A program made the translations under genes and the position numbers. Of a stretch of DNA of 64,000 nt, positions 19,306 through 29,586 are shown in pieces. Source of the DNA: a phage. The notes under the pieces are model-generated. The model had not been told where the DNA came from and ran no database searches. It saw nothing but the letters and a program-made list of their open reading frames with translations. Where the stretch lies: the sequence record PQ724394.1; one strand, given 5' to 3'. How positions within the stretch are numbered: the first letter of the stretch is position 1; each line of letters starts with the position of its first letter.

Positions 19306-20811
19306 TTATAGTCCAGTTTGAGACCAATCACCAAATACATCTTCAAATGTATCAGCTTCTGTTTTATCGAAACGCCAACCTTTAATAGTTGGAAGGAAAA
19401 TACCTACAGTATCAGTACGTCCTTTAGAATGAACCCAACCATTACATTCACAGTCAGCAATACGTCCAATCAACTTACCTTCACGGGCTTGTTTCATAAG
19501 AAGTTCACGGTCTAAATCAGGACGGTTTTCTAATGGGATTAATACCTTTTTACCGGATTTATCTTTCTTATGGGTGGTATCTTTAAAACCGGAACCACAG
19601 TCAGTTGTAATACGACGGCACCGTGATACTAACTCAATACCACCAATCTTGTTAGGGTCTTTAGAGTGTTCATAATAACCTACTACTTCTAAAGCAATAT
19701 CGATTACTTCTTTGAACTTTATAAGATTCTTAGAACGGCGGTTCTCCCAGTAGGAGTCCATGTTCTTAAGGATAATACCTTCCAAGCGTTTGCCGATATA
19801 TTTCTTATAAACTGCTTTAGCTTCGTCCAGGTTATTAACCCACTGCGTTTCGATAGGCTCGACACGTGTAAAACCTTCAGCCATTTGTACTAATGCCGCT
19901 AAACGAACATCGTATTTTTGACCTTTAATTTTGCCTTCAGAATAAACTTCATCCAATGGAACATAGTCCCACGCCTGTAATACCATGCCATCAGCTTCAG
20001 CTGGAGTAATAGTTCCTTGAAGAGCCTTGTTAGCCAAGCCATTTGACGTAGAACGATCGGCTACGGTTTGGAACTCCTTAGCCTTACTTAATTCAGGAAG
20101 TTCTTCATCAAACATACTAAACAAATCATTAGATGCTTTAGGTTCTACTTTAGGTGTATGGTAAACTAATTCACCATCAATCATAACACCATTAGGATGA
20201 CGCTGACGAGCTTCTTCGGTCATTTTAATAAGTTCGGCCGCAAGCTTAGTAAGCCCTTGATATTCGTTCCCACCACGAGTAAGGAATGTTACCCCATCGT
20301 TACGAACTTCAGCAAAACAACGGGCACCGTCAGCTTTTAATTGGGCGAACGCTGGCCATTTAATATTTTTCTTAATCAGGGCTTCGTCATAAGAACTAGC
20401 CAACATTTGAGGTTGTTCAGGGATTAAACCTTTCCAAACCTTGTTAGCAATAGAAATCGATGCACCACATTCAAGGTCACGCATCATTACTCGACGTAAT
20501 ACCTCAGCGTCAGGACCCTTAGCATCGGCAATAATTTGGGCAAGCTCTTCAATAGCCGCATTACCTGTAATCTTACGGGTGGCTAATGTGAACTCAGCGA
20601 AATCAAGAAGGTCTTCAAGTGTAATCATACCAAAGGATTGAGACGTAAATCCAGGTTCAGGCCACTTTTTAATACCGTAGTTTAAACGACGGGTATAAGC
20701 CATACGATATACACGTTTCAGAAGCTCGTTATCCTTTTCACGAGCAATAATAGCTTCTTTAGCTTTAGTAGAATCAATAGAAGCAATTTCGTTTAAAATA
20801 TCTAAAATCAT
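19306..20811 (-). CDS. 30: ATP-dependent DNA ligase gp30
   Basis: 501 aa; adenylation motif KADGAR (KxDGxR) with the catalytic lysine; T4 gp30 is 487 aa. Confidence 0.9.
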   Translation of the reverse strand: MILDILNEIASIDSTKAKEAIIAREKDNELLKRVYRMAYTRRLNYGIKKWPEPGFTSQSFGMITLEDLLDFAEFTLATRKITGNAAIEELAQIIADAKGPDAEVLRRVMMRDLECGASISIANKVWKGLIPEQPQMLASSYDEALIKKNIKWPAFAQLKADGARCFAEVRNDGVTFLTRGGNEYQGLTKLAAELIKMTEEARQRHPNGVMIDGELVYHTPKVEPKASNDLFSMFDEELPELSKAKEFQTVADRSTSNGLANKALQGTITPAEADGMVLQAWDYVPLDEVYSEGKIKGQKYDVRLAALVQMAEGFTRVEPIETQWVNNLDEAKAVYKKYIGKRLEGIILKNMDSYWENRRSKNLIKFKEVIDIALEVVGYYEHSKDPNKIGGIELVSRCRRITTDCGSGFKDTTHKKDKSGKKVLIPLENRPDLDRELLMKQAREGKLIGRIADCECNGWVHSKGRTDTVGIFLPTIKGWRFDKTEADTFEDVFGDWSQTGL

Positions 20812-21131
20812 TTTACCGTCCTTACAGTTTGTGTACTTCTATTATAAGCTACTTCATCTAAAAGCTCATTTAAAGTTTTGTGATACGATATAATACGCTT
20901 ATCTTTAATATCATATTCAGTAACATACATAAATCCACGCCGAACACATTGGATAAAGATATCTTCATCTTTGGCTTGGAAATATACAGGGTTCAATCGA
21001 AGGAATTGTCTAACGTTTCCATAATCATGGGATTTAGGGATTCCATCAGTAATAGTATGAACAACAAACATATTAACCTCGTGCAATCCATTCAACGGCT
21101 GCATTATTACGAAGGGATTCGATTGCTGCAA
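20808..21131 (-). CDS. Hypothetical early protein (30.1-like position; start uncertain)
   Basis: 107 aa ORF overlapping the upstream gene end. Confidence 0.4.
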   Translation of the reverse strand: MQQSNPFVIMQPLNGLHEVNMFVVHTITDGIPKSHDYGNVRQFLRLNPVYFQAKDEDIFIQCVRRGFMYVTEYDIKDKRIISYHKTLNELLDEVAYNRSTQTVRTVK

Positions 21132-21711
21132 TATCGTCCCATGAATTAACCTTTACGGCTAAATTAGGTTTAAAGTCGCGTTCACCACGGGCTAACCAAT
21201 AAACTTGGATATCCATGAGAATATTAGATGCAGCATCACAGTGGTGAGCCAAATCGTCAACATAAAACTTAATGCGTTTACCGTATGTATTTTTAGCTCT
21301 TATGAACAGGTCTTCTTTTGATTCTGAATGACCACACATCAGAATCTCCTTGAATGCACCAGGGAACAAAGCATTCAAATTGAATTGTCTATTCAGCAGA
21401 GCATCAATTGAGTCGCCTAGCGCAGTCACGGCTACAAAATCGAAGTCTTTTTTGAGCTTGTTGATGTGTTTTAATGCATCCATGTAAGGGGACAGATAAC
21501 GAATAAAATCTGACTGGTTATATTTCTCGATTAAACGTGCGCCTAATTCGTCGTCACAATTAAACAGTTCGCCTGGAGATAAGAAACGTTCGTCCTGAAT
21601 CATATTCAAAATATGTTCTAAAGGCAAATTATATTTCTGTGCGAAATAAGGCAAGCCGGACTGCCAACTTAAACATACTCCATCGATATCTGTTAAGATA
21701 ACTGGTTTCAT
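21073..21711 (-). CDS. HAD-superfamily hydrolase-like protein
   Basis: N-terminal DIDGV motif (HAD motif I DxDx[TV]). Confidence 0.5.
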   Translation of the reverse strand: MKPVILTDIDGVCLSWQSGLPYFAQKYNLPLEHILNMIQDERFLSPGELFNCDDELGARLIEKYNQSDFIRYLSPYMDALKHINKLKKDFDFVAVTALGDSIDALLNRQFNLNALFPGAFKEILMCGHSESKEDLFIRAKNTYGKRIKFYVDDLAHHCDAASNILMDIQVYWLARGERDFKPNLAVKVNSWDDIAAIESLRNNAAVEWIARG

Positions 21712-22175
21712 AATAAATCTCTCAATTTGTTTAGGATGTCGATAAACTCTTTTTCAGTTAGTATTGTATCACATTCTTTGAGGTGGCTTGCCATTGAATG
21801 CTTTAAAACCTTACCTTTAGTGGCTTGTAAAGCTTCTCGGAATCCTTTGTTCTGGAGTGCTGCTTCAAAATACGCACTTTCGTAAAGCTCTTTCCATGCT
21901 TCGGAATATCTTGAAAACGGGGTTCCAAGCCAGAACAACGTGCCACGGTCCTGAGCTCTAGCATAAGCTCGTCCAGCTTTTTGTGCGTCTAACCCGGACA
22001 TCCTAAATATACGTCTTTGTTGTTCAACACTTTTCACCTTACATCCTTGGAGGAATCCTTCGAGTCCACCAAATTGGATACCGTCCATAACGAAAGGCCA
22101 TTTAGCAAAGTTACTTAATGCGCATGATGGCCACGGAAAGTTACTTCTAATTTCTAACTCAGACATCTTTGACAC
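21708..22175 (-). CDS. YbiA/NADAR (DUF1768)-like protein
   Basis: SNFAKWPFVMDGIQFGGLEGFLQGCK resembles the YbiA segment FSNFAAWPIKVDGKTWPTSEHYFQAQK. Confidence 0.55.
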   Translation of the reverse strand: MSKMSELEIRSNFPWPSCALSNFAKWPFVMDGIQFGGLEGFLQGCKVKSVEQQRRIFRMSGLDAQKAGRAYARAQDRGTLFWLGTPFSRYSEAWKELYESAYFEAALQNKGFREALQATKGKVLKHSMASHLKECDTILTEKEFIDILNKLRDLL

Positions 22176-22371
22176 TTATAATCTTGGTAGCGTACCACAT
22201 ACCATGGTCCGGTAATCTGGATTTAATTGACCGCCCACGATATGTTTTTCGCATTATAACAGTCTTAATAACATCTTCATCACAAGCATATGGCGGCGAT
22301 AAGTCGATAACACGATAAGTCACTTCAACCATTTCTAGGCCAAACAGCTTTTTAAGCCATTTCTTAACCAT
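22159..22371 (-). CDS. Hypothetical early protein
   Basis: 70 aa ORF in tightly packed early gene array. Confidence 0.35.
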   Translation of the reverse strand: MVKKWLKKLFGLEMVEVTYRVIDLSPPYACDEDVIKTVIMRKTYRGRSIKSRLPDHGMWYATKIISVKDV

Positions 22372-22372
22372 A

Positions 22373-22567
22373 TTATCCTCGCTTCAAACATTTGATTACA
22401 GATAATTCAGAACCCATACGAACGTCTTCAGTTCCATCGACCCACAGGACGGTGTAGGCTTCTTTAATAGTAGCATTACCTAATTTAAAACCAGGCAAGA
22501 CCTTAGAAATCATTCCAGGAATACCTACACCTTTTAACTGGACGGTTTGTGATAAGAATAGTTGCAT
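22373..22567 (-). CDS. Hypothetical early protein
   Basis: 64 aa ORF, stop/start abutting neighbours. Confidence 0.35.
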   Translation of the reverse strand: MQLFLSQTVQLKGVGIPGMISKVLPGFKLGNATIKEAYTVLWVDGTEDVRMGSELSVIKCLKRG

Positions 22568-22854
22568 TAGAACCTCATCTGAAATCCATGTGATTTAACA
22601 TTACCGCCGTAGATGTCAGAAGTATTGACTTCGCGGGCAGCGCTAGGGTCGATGTTAATATCATGGTTGAGCTTAGTGATTGCTAGGGTGTCACGACCAT
22701 TGACTGTACGGAATTCTACTGGACAAACCACATCAGCATAAGCCTTAATGGATTCACGAGTAGGCTGTTTGTCGGCAGGAACATCTTTACCTGCCTTAGA
22801 GAAAACAACTTCACAGAAATTTTTACGAGTATCGAAATAAGTGGTCATAAACAT
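22567..22854 (-). CDS. Hypothetical early protein
   Basis: Start taken at ATG 22854 (MFMTTYF) with SD gagg; the upstream extension would encode a GC hairpin. Confidence 0.4.
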   Translation of the reverse strand: MFMTTYFDTRKNFCEVVFSKAGKDVPADKQPTRESIKAYADVVCPVEFRTVNGRDTLAITKLNHDINIDPSAAREVNTSDIYGGNVKSHGFQMRF

Positions 22855-22869
22855 AATATTTTCCTCAAA

Positions 22870-22885
22870 GGAGGCCGAAGCCTCC
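22870..22885 (-). promoter_or_regulatory. Intercistronic cUUCGg hairpin (ggaggcUUCGgccucc)
   Basis: Perfect 6-bp GC stem with UUCG loop on minus strand just upstream of an SD; identical 16-mer recurs at 61847-61862. Confidence 0.5.
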
Positions 22886-22895
22886 ATTTTTAAGA

Positions 22896-23261
22896 TTAGA
22901 TATCAAATTCATTCAGAACTACATCAAAGATTGCTTCCAGGTGTTCAGGTTTAGCACGGTTGCTCAGGATGTGACGAATCCAGGTTTTAACCAGAAGCTT
23001 ACGATTATCACCGTTCCAGCAAGGATGGGTACCTAAATCACGTTGACGGAAATCATCATCCAAAGCGATTTTAAAAGTAGAACCTTCCATAGTGATTGAA
23101 ACCGTGATACCATTTTCAAAGCGCATATAAACGTAGTTAGGAGTCATGCACTGTTCGATTTCGCACACTGTGCTGTTGTTGTGTTTCCACAGGCAAATAA
23201 CTTCAGAAGAACCAGCAATACCGTTAGAAACATATTTACGTTCGAAGTTGATGTAGTTCAT
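22896..23261 (-). CDS. Hypothetical early protein
   Basis: 121 aa; preceded by early promoter and a 40-nt leader identical to that of the next gene. Confidence 0.45.
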   Translation of the reverse strand: MNYINFERKYVSNGIAGSSEVICLWKHNNSTVCEIEQCMTPNYVYMRFENGITVSITMEGSTFKIALDDDFRQRDLGTHPCWNGDNRKLLVKTWIRHILSNRAKPEHLEAIFDVVLNEFDI

Positions 23262-23302
23262 TTTATTCTCCAGTTTGTTTTCGTATTATTTGGTACAGGT
23301 CT

Positions 23303-23331
23303 ATAATAACACAACCTGTACCAAAGTAAAC
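23303..23331 (-). promoter_or_regulatory. T4-type early promoter embedded in a palindrome
   Basis: Minus strand GTTTAC-N17-TATTAT; inverted repeat ggtacagg/cctgtacc (23294-23321) flanks the -10. Confidence 0.55.
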
Positions 23332-23335
23332 CGTT

Positions 23336-23704
23336 TTATGCAACTTTAATCCAATTATCTAAATTTAATTCACCTTTGGCTTTCATTTTTTCGATCAGGT
23401 CATCTGCAGTTATACGACCATTTTGATACCATGTAACATCTTCAGAATAACCAGTTTCTTCATCTTCATAGGTCTTACAACGAATCTTACCGGTTATGAT
23501 AGTTTTCAGTTCGTAGGTATCACCGGTAAAAAAGTTTGTTACCAAAATTTTCCAAGAGAAGTCATCAGAAGGACCTTCAGGAGTCATACAACCTACAAAT
23601 TCAAATTGTTCTTTGTACAAGCGCCATTGCATCTCTTTAGTTTCAATAGCTTTATAACCGTCGTGGTCTTTACATTTGATATATGAGTTAAGATTGATTT
23701 TCAT
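23336..23704 (-). CDS. Hypothetical early protein
   Basis: 122 aa; own early promoter. Confidence 0.45.
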   Translation of the reverse strand: MKINLNSYIKCKDHDGYKAIETKEMQWRLYKEQFEFVGCMTPEGPSDDFSWKILVTNFFTGDTYELKTIITGKIRCKTYEDEETGYSEDVTWYQNGRITADDLIEKMKAKGELNLDNWIKVA

Positions 23705-23745
23705 TTTATTCTCCAGTTTGTTTTCGTATTATTTGGTACATGTCT

Positions 23746-23774
23746 ATAGTATCATGCCTACCGGAGATGTATAC
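23746..23774 (-). promoter_or_regulatory. T4-type early promoter
   Basis: Minus strand GTATAC-N17-TACTAT upstream of the gene starting at 23704. Confidence 0.5.
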
Positions 23775-23789
23775 CCTTTTTTTAAGATT

Positions 23790-23820
23790 TAGAAACAAAA
23801 ATGGGACTCCGAAGAGTCCC
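23790..23820 (-). terminator. Rho-independent terminator (cUUCGg hairpin plus U-run)
   Basis: Minus strand gggacuc-UUCG-gaguccc followed by AUUUUUGUUU. Confidence 0.7.
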
Positions 23821-23825
23821 ATAAC

Positions 23826-23987
23826 TTATGCAATAACTTTACCGAAGCAAGCAGCATCTGCACGCAATACTGCACGAGCACGAGCTTGAAGCTTATCAAC
23901 TACCTGATTGATACGCTTGTTAGACGCACGCTTGTAACCAGCGCGTTTAGAGGTTCCGTCAACTACTTTAACTTCTTTCTTAGCCAT
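23826..23987 (-). CDS. Small basic protein (53 aa), hypothetical
   Basis: Own translation MAKKEVKVVDGTSKRAGYKRASNKRINQVVDKLQARARAVLR...; terminator immediately downstream. Confidence 0.4.
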   Translation of the reverse strand: MAKKEVKVVDGTSKRAGYKRASNKRINQVVDKLQARARAVLRADAACFGKVIA

Positions 23988-24340
23988 TTTTAAATCTCTT
24001 AAATTAGGATGCAGGACTTATTGGCATTGCCTGCGCAAGCCCTCAAGGGGAACATAGGTTTTAGATATTTAACGACAGGATAACCGTAAACCTCGTCATC
24101 ATAGCTCTTATCTGTTGCACACCGTTAGCTTAAAGGTTCCGGGTTCGATTTCTCGAGGATAAGATATATACTGATGGATATATAGGCCTTGAGGCGTACT
24201 CCCGATTGGCCATCACCTCGGGGTAGCATGCACTTGCCGCTATAAAATAACATTCAAGAGGTACACCGTAAAACTGCCGGGGTCTTAAAACTATAATGAT
24301 TCGCAAATCATTAATCAGACAGTTCGACGGCTCCTCGATT

Positions 24341-24589
24341 TTACTTCAGGGTAATAATAAAATGACGTACTGCTTTACGAGCTGCTGAAGCCAAAGGCTT
24401 AGCATATTTCAGTTCATCTTTTGCTTCCAATTCAGCGGCCAGAGTAGCCTGAGCAGGATTAAGATGTTTGAAATAACGCAGGATTTCCAGTGCTTCGGCT
24501 TCAACATCAATAGATGCGCCGTAGTTTTCGTGACCGTTGTTCCAAGCGTTGCGTTGCAGTTCAAGAGCGTGATTCAGATGTTTGTTCAT
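24341..24589 (-). CDS. rIII: Lysis inhibition accessory protein rIII
   Basis: 82 aa from ATG 24589 (MNKHLNHALELQRNAWNNGHENYG…), same size and position as T4 rIII; the ORF-track start is an upstream GTG. Confidence 0.75.
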   Translation of the reverse strand: MNKHLNHALELQRNAWNNGHENYGASIDVEAEALEILRYFKHLNPAQATLAAELEAKDELKYAKPLASAARKAVRHFIITLK

Positions 24590-24735
24590 TTTAAATTCTC
24601 GATTCGAGATAAAGATTGGTGGACACGTTCTTCTGAATTTCACTTCCTTTCGGCAAGTCTCTCAGTTGTAGTCCACCGCTTAGGATTCTCCGGTTAACTA
24701 ACTAGTCCGGCAGCCAATCCATATTATTATTTATA

Positions 24736-25059
24736 TCACTTATAAAGACACGGAATAGCTTTATAGTGGCAGGTAACGAATTTCTGTTTAATTTCTTTAG
24801 GCTGTTTAATACCAAGCGCAACTAAAGGATGAGGCACGTTAGCAATCTTACCAACAGGAAGTGGAGTCAAATCACCTACTTCACAAAAACCTTCAGGGAC
24901 ATCAGGCCCTACAGAATAAATTTCGCAAAGTTCAGGGATTTCACCTTGATGAAGTTTGCCAATAACGATACCAGATGCAGTAGTTTCTTCATCACCAGCT
25001 TGTTTTGGTTCGGAAACGAGAATAACATATTCTCCGACCGCTTTAATAGGAAGTTCCAT
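24736..25059 (-). CDS. 31: Head assembly co-chaperonin gp31 (GroES analogue)
   Basis: [25 protein letters not shown]…[15 protein letters not shown] closely matches T4 gp31. Confidence 0.85.
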   Translation of the reverse strand: MELPIKAVGEYVILVSEPKQAGDEETTASGIVIGKLHQGEIPELCEIYSVGPDVPEGFCEVGDLTPLPVGKIANVPHPLVALGIKQPKEIKQKFVTCHYKAIPCLYK

Positions 25060-25117
25060 ATTTAATCCATGTTGTTTTGTTGATAGATTAATAATAACAC
25101 GCTATTCTTAAAGCATA

Positions 25118-25417
25118 TTACAGGACAAGCAGAGTTTCAGTCTGAAGCCCATTAATAGAAATCAGTTTATCGAAACGGAATGAACGCCAGTCATTAACCT
25201 TGGTATCAAATACACGAATATAATTAACCGGTTCTTTATTAGCTTCTTGGCCCGGGGCTTGAATTTCTTTATACGGGAGGAGGTCCAGGTCGCGAGTACA
25301 AGTCATACGACGAACGCTACCATCCGCCTTTTCAAACAGAACTTCGTGAGTACCCACAGACAGAATAGTCTTGGCTTTTTCACGGAGTCGAATAGTTTCT
25401 TGTTCAGTTAAAATCAT
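25118..25417 (-). CDS. Hypothetical early protein (31.1-like position)
   Basis: 99 aa ORF downstream of gene 31. Confidence 0.4.
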   Translation of the reverse strand: MILTEQETIRLREKAKTILSVGTHEVLFEKADGSVRRMTCTRDLDLLPYKEIQAPGQEANKEPVNYIRVFDTKVNDWRSFRFDKLISINGLQTETLLVL

Positions 25418-25419
25418 AA

Positions 25420-25653
25420 TTATTCCAGGATAGTTTTAATAGTTGTTGCATTACGCTCTTTTAGAGCACTTAATAGGCTATGGCAATTATCAAGAATAGG
25501 CACTGTTTTGTATTTCATTTCGGCGCGAACCCACTCGGATTTATAGTATGATTTCCAACGAGAGAAAAAGTACTTTTTATATTCCACTGAATAGGCTACT
25601 AAGCTTTCGCCTTTTGAGTTCAGACCTGAAAACTTCACTAATCGAAATTTCAT
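25420..25653 (-). CDS. Hypothetical early protein (31.2-like position)
   Basis: 77 aa ORF. Confidence 0.4.
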   Translation of the reverse strand: MKFRLVKFSGLNSKGESLVAYSVEYKKYFFSRWKSYYKSEWVRAEMKYKTVPILDNCHSLLSALKERNATTIKTILE

Positions 25654-26198
25654 TATTCACCACAATAGTTTTGAATTGATTCCCAGTTCAGAGAACGGAG
25701 ACCGGTACGGTTATACTGGATAACTTCGATGCCTGATTCACGGAGGATATCATCCCAACCTTCAGGATTTCGGTCATAGAGTTCAGCATAAACCAGAGTT
25801 TTAATTCCGGACTGCGCAATAGACTTAGCACAATCTGCACATGGAGATAGTGTCACATACATTGTAGCACCGTCAATAGAACTTCCTGTACGAGCTGCGA
25901 ACAGAATAGCATTCAGTTCGGCATGGATTTCATTTTTGGATGACCATGCGGCATGAGCCATACGATGTTCTTTAAGAAGAATCGATTTATGGGACATTCG
26001 TGCTGTGTCATACACAACACGAGTCCAGTTCTGTTCTGCCGCGTGGTCACAACAGTTCACACCACCGGAAGGCGAACCATTATACCCTGTAGAAATAATG
26101 CGACCATTCTTTTCAATAACCGCACCCACTTTCCATGAACAACATTTTGATTCTTGAGAAATCAGGTATGCAATCTGAAGGTATGTGCTTGCTTTCAT
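25653..26198 (-). CDS. cd: dCMP deaminase
   Basis: Cytidine/deoxycytidylate deaminase zinc motifs HAE…(…)PCxxC (HAELNAILF, SPCADCAK). Confidence 0.85.
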   Translation of the reverse strand: MKASTYLQIAYLISQESKCCSWKVGAVIEKNGRIISTGYNGSPSGGVNCCDHAAEQNWTRVVYDTARMSHKSILLKEHRMAHAAWSSKNEIHAELNAILFAARTGSSIDGATMYVTLSPCADCAKSIAQSGIKTLVYAELYDRNPEGWDDILRESGIEVIQYNRTGLRSLNWESIQNYCGE

Positions 26199-26428
26199 TC
26201 CACGTACACTCGCTGCGCTTCGACTAGACCATCAGAACCAAGTTTTAACTGGGTAATCTGGTCGCCATTTTTAGGATTAACGATAACCAATACTGCACGT
26301 GGTGATTCCTGAATTACTCGCAGAGTTGCATCAGGAAAACGTACAGAAACCTTATTAATCAGGGCCTGAGCAAATTCTTTAACTTTAACTTGGAACTGCT
26401 CTACAGTAATAGGTTGTTCGCTCAGCAT
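26195..26428 (-). CDS. Hypothetical protein (cd.1-like position)
   Basis: 77 aa ORF overlapping cd start. Confidence 0.4.
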   Translation of the reverse strand: MLSEQPITVEQFQVKVKEFAQALINKVSVRFPDATLRVIQESPRAVLVIVNPKNGDQITQLKLGSDGLVEAQRVYVE

Positions 26429-27093
26429 TAGATGGTCTCCAACTTAAGTTGTTTGGTAGTGGTAGCTTGGGTAACGTCGCCTTTAACAATATAACACACC
26501 TGTTGGAACGAACTGGTCAAAAGCTCTTCGGCTTGACGGTCGGCTTGTTCTTTTGTGTTATGGCGAGAATGAACTTCAATCTTACCATTTTTAACGATAA
26601 GCACTTTCCATTCAGCAGTGGCTTTTACCAGCTTAGGTTCATCATTTTCAGGAATACTCACCGAGGCCAGTGGACGTACTACTTCAATAAAGTAATCGAA
26701 TTCATGGCCAAAAAAGCCTGAGGAATTAAAAAGAACAGCATTTGCATCATCAGGATTACCTGTGATTTTGCTCGGGTCGACAAACATCATCTCGTCATAT
26801 ACACGAATTCGGCTTACACGTTCACGCCCATTATGGTAATCAATTTCAACTTCAAACGGGTTCATACCTACATACTTGGCAAAAGCTGTATTGAGGCCAT
26901 AAGCGCCGTTATTAGTGAATTTGTTTTTAGTGTATTCACTACCGAACTTATAAAACTTACGCTCTTCAAAGAACTTGCTCATTTCGATTTCCTCATTTGT
27001 TTCGGTAGGACTACTATACCACAGTCCTACCATGATGTAAACACTTAAATTGCTTCGACAACTACCGTTTGTTTCTGGAAGTCCATTTTGCAT
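26428..27093 (-). CDS. Hypothetical protein (start uncertain)
   Basis: 221 aa ORF; probable internal start. Confidence 0.4.
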   Translation of the reverse strand: MQNGLPETNGSCRSNLSVYIMVGLWYSSPTETNEEIEMSKFFEERKFYKFGSEYTKNKFTNNGAYGLNTAFAKYVGMNPFEVEIDYHNGRERVSRIRVYDEMMFVDPSKITGNPDDANAVLFNSSGFFGHEFDYFIEVVRPLASVSIPENDEPKLVKATAEWKVLIVKNGKIEVHSRHNTKEQADRQAEELLTSSFQQVCYIVKGDVTQATTTKQLKLETI

Positions 27094-27323
27094 GAAATAG
27101 CCAAAATGTGGTCATCAATTTTAAATGGAACAATTGCAAATGCTGCACCAGGTGTGAGTTGAACAGTGATTGCATCAACTGCATCCGGGAACATGATTTC
27201 CAGAATAGCAGACAAACGACCATGAACTTTTAGTTCAGTCGACGTGTCGACAGGTTCGTATAGGTAATCAGATACAATCTGACTAAAAACTACTTTAACA
27301 ATTTCAGAATAAGTAGGGAACAT
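27045..27323 (-). CDS. Hypothetical protein
   Basis: 92 aa ORF. Confidence 0.35.
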   Translation of the reverse strand: MFPTYSEIVKVVFSQIVSDYLYEPVDTSTELKVHGRLSAILEIMFPDAVDAITVQLTPGAAFAIVPFKIDDHILAISCKMDFQKQTVVVEAI

Positions 27324-27330
27324 AATTACC

Positions 27331-27546
27331 TCAGTGTACTGTATGGACCTTCACGTTAACAATAAACCGGTCAACGACTTCAGTCAGAGGAACGAACTCA
27401 ACATAGTACTCACCTTTGTAACGTTCATTCAAATCGTTACGGAGAGCGGCCAGTGAGTTAATGAGGGTAGGAGACATATTAAGCCCTACCAGTTTCTGAA
27501 GCTCTTTATAAGCTTCTTCTTCAACTTCATGGTGTTTGTTATACAT
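27331..27546 (-). CDS. Hypothetical protein
   Basis: Start taken at the internal Met to remove a 113-nt overlap with the upstream ORF. Confidence 0.35.
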   Translation of the reverse strand: MYNKHHEVEEEAYKELQKLVGLNMSPTLINSLAALRNDLNERYKGEYYVEFVPLTEVVDRFIVNVKVHTVH

Positions 27547-27735
27547 AATGTTCTTCCAAGAAGGCAAGGAGTTCAGGAGCGGATTTAAAAATACCACCAT
27601 CGACCCTGTCTTCATCTCTGTAGTCCATAACATCCAGGCCAATACGTCCATCAGTTAAAGGCCATACGCCGAAGAAAAAGCATTTACGTTTTTCAATTTC
27701 TTCGATTGTACGAAAAATCTTTTCGATATTATTCA

Positions 27736-27736
<1 letters not shown>
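27539..27736 (-). CDS. Hypothetical protein
   Basis: 65 aa ORF immediately downstream of pseT. Confidence 0.35.
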
Positions 27737-28957
<1,221 letters not shown>

Positions 28958-28961
<4 letters not shown>

Positions 28962-29455
28962 ACACCAAGCTCCTTATAAAGTTCTTCACGGCAGGTTTTA
29001 AGGATTTTACCAGTTTCATAAGCCGCACTTTCAGAAACATCACCAAGTGTAGCAGCAGCTTGCATTTGGCCATGGCGCTTAGCCGCATATTCAAAACTTT
29101 TTACCAGCTCACGAATACGTTCTTTTTCTTCGTGAAGTGATTGGTTTTCTTTATAGCACGCCGTAACATCTAAGATTGAATTCCACACATCAGAAGGAAT
29201 AGGCTCGGACAATTTCAACACTCGGCTCGGGAAATCATTCCATGGGGCATAGTATTCAACTTCTGTAATAACTCCACCTTTACATTCTGTAATAAAAAAT
29301 CGAGCTTTACCTTCCAAAGGTGTTTTACGGCAAGAACCAATTCGGGCCAGCTTTTGGAAGAATTCGTCTTTACACTTCATGATATTATTAGCGTTCTCAA
29401 CATACCATAATATTTTCATGTCCAATTCCTCAATTTTTATAATCCGTAGGAGCAT
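28958..29455 (-). CDS. Hypothetical protein
   Basis: 165 aa ORF. Confidence 0.4.
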
Positions 29456-29586
29456 TATACTCTGCTCCCAAGAGTTTGTAAACTACTTTCCAAAAATACC
29501 ATTCATACACATGCTGAACACGATACCAAAGCAAAAACATGCAGCGCCGAATTTAAAAACATCCCACCCATCGATACAGGCTTCAA

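Noticed and set aside
24120-24160. tRNA-like T-loop motif (GGTTCGATT)
   Set aside because: Could not assemble an acceptor stem, D-arm or anticodon arm around it; treated only as part of a possibly structured non-coding region
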